Source: Octopus sinensis
Taxonomy: Eukaryota
Length of the DNA: 64,000 nucleotides
NCBI RefSeq assembly: GCF_006345805.1
Contig: NC_042998.1
Coordinates: 30,876,001-30,940,000, forward strand
Reading direction: 5' to 3'
The notes beneath the pieces were generated by a model that made no database searches, had not been told where the DNA came from, and saw nothing but the letters and a program-made list of their open reading frames with translations. Position 1 is the stretch's first letter; every line of letters begins with the position of its first letter. The position numbers and the translations under genes were made by a program. Below, in pieces: positions 62,030-64,000 of the stretch.

Positions 62030-64000
62030 GTGGGTGGGGGAAACGTGCTAGTAACAAGTATATTTCTCGAATGTGACAGTGTGTCCATAGACAAACCACC
62101 TCAGGTCATTCAGGTCGTATCTAGAGTCTTCTGTAGATTAGTAGATAAGGAGAGCATAAATTGTCCTCATTTTAAAATCGTCGGCTACGCAGACGGTTGT
62201 GCTGGACAGGCTTCGTGAACAAGAACTCGGTTACTAGAAGCTAAACCGCGCCGTTCTCAAGCTTACACATAGGATTAGCGAATTAAACGAACATTGACAA
62301 GAACAATCATCAACAAACAATTTTTCAGGTCGATTAAAGTAGGGTTAATTGGGTTTAGTAAAGTTGTGGTGATAGAGAAAAACAGAAGAGGGAGAAAATC
62401 TCTTAGAAACTTAGAAGAGGCGCGTAGGCAAGACATCGCAGCCGACGTATTCGAAACGAGACTACTTTGGACTAATTCTTTAACATAAAGCATGAAGGCT
62501 AAGGCCCGAGCTAAGGCGCGTGCTCTAAAACACGAGGGTATGAAAGCTGTCCGATGGACCCGAGTAGCGGTGGTGCAATGTGAAAATAGAATAATTCAGC
62601 CTTTAGTGGGCCGCAATGAACACGTGTTCCTAGACCCAAAGGAGATATGTGCAGCTTTTCAGCAACACTTCGCTCGACGGCTGGGACACGAATGGCAGGC
62701 TGAAACGCAGGATAGATTTCAATGCCTGCCCGACGGCCTACTGCGACCATCAGTACGAGAAGCGGAGTGTTGCGTAAAGCCGATGACAGCGACGGAAATA
62801 CGGGAAGCGATGATTTACTGCATGGGATGAGGGTATCAAATCACCTGGTTTGAAAGGTCTGCCTCACGAAATTTACTCCTATATCCCAGACTAGTTTGGA
62901 AATTTCTTGCTGTTATCTACTGCAACTGACAGCAGAATGGGAGAGTTCCCAGTTCTGTAAATCGGCGAACAGTAGCTTTCCGAAGAAAGGACTCGAACAA
63001 GAAAGATCACATTAGTAACTTTCGACCCATTATTTGCAGAACACAGACTTCAAAATTTTGGCCAGGATCTTTGTAAAGAGGTTGGCAAACATGTATCATC
63101 CCAAGCGCATCTCTCCGTGACAAACTCCACCTCATCCAGTACATCATAAAAAAGTTAGGTAAAAAAACTTGGCATGGGTGGGTATCTGATCATCTTAAAT
63201 TAATTCAAAGATTTTGATTGGGTCGACCACCATTATCTGGTGGCTGTTCTCATGGCGGCCGATTTCAGTCCTGTCTTCCACCGATGTTCTGCCGCAATTT
63301 ACAGCGACATCTACTTGGTGATTCGGTCGAATGGTCACCTGTTGAAAGCATTCAGTGTCATACACTCGGTCCATCTAGGTCGTCCCCTCTTATCTCTTTT
63401 GTAGGTACTGATTCTTGAGTCTTTGCTGCGGAAACTGGAGACGTTGAGGAACATCCCGTGCGAAGTAGGACGCCGATTTGTGTCGGCATTCACGAAAATC
63501 ACCGCTTTGGTGTCAGACGTGAGGGACATTGAGGTGATTGGCTCCGATTTAAGGGACTACGAAGCACTGACAAGAGCAAAAATCGGCCAAAAAGTCAGAG
63601 GGCCTACAACTCGATACCTAGAGAAACAGGCCCATGCCATCCAAGAACGACGTGGAACGCCGGACTATTAAATTACTCGTGTCTAGTTTGGTGCAGATTT
63701 TCAAGTGGAGAACAACTGGGACAGAGTGACGAACAGGATGGCTGGAAATGGCAGCTCACCCAGAAATGGGCCGCAAAGATGCTATTTCTGAAGGGTCGGG
63801 ATGAGGTGGCAAATGCTTTCCTCACCAGCTTCACATATTAGCGCCAGACTTTCGTCCTTTCCCCCATTTCATGTCTCACTGGATGGAACGCCTGCTCTTC
63901 CACTTTTTGTGGAAGGGATTTAATCTACTGATCAGACACTCCATTTGTCGTGAACAACGTTGAGTGGATAGCTGCGCATGCTGCGACTGATTGTGCGGAC
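62030..64000 (+). mobile_element. L1/Tx1-like LINE ORF2 relic (endonuclease end and RT), runs off the window
   Basis: DPKEICAAFQQHFA, KPMTATEIREAM, KSPGLKGLPHEIY, ISNFRPI, DFKILAR, spread over several broken frames. Confidence 0.82.

Overview
AT-rich, repeat-dense eukaryotic DNA. The SINE families and microsatellite load match what I recall of octopus (cephalopod) genomes; this is recognition, not a database result. Genes: (1) the last nine coding exons (1915-20055, +) of a SCO-spondin/mucin-like secreted protein, with domain order TSP1 end, VWC-like, TSP1 x3, TIL, VWC, C-terminal cystine knot; all splice phases are consistent. (2) A large terminal exon (48437-46896, -) encoding about 510 aa of N/K/S-rich, probably disordered protein with no family I recognise. 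(3) A weaker chain of possible + strand exons at 51.2-56.9 kb. The rest is mobile DNA: five tRNA-derived or LINE-tailed SINE families, relics of RTE, R4/Dong-like and L1/Tx1-like LINEs, a solo LTR, mariner and maT (DD37D) transposases, a Chapaev3-like element, and piggyBac-, hAT-, Tigger- and Merlin-like MITEs. The most notable signals are minimal type I hammerhead-ribozyme-like cores in three unrelated repeat families, one of them a head-to-head palindrome of tRNA-headed arms flanked by a 12-bp target duplication. Also notable: a 1.4-kb inversion inside an RTE with a perfect 31-bp inverted breakpoint duplication, a possible alternative terminal exon that would remove the cystine knot, and a recursive-splice-like site. 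SINE and LINE boundaries are approximate unless a TSD is quoted.
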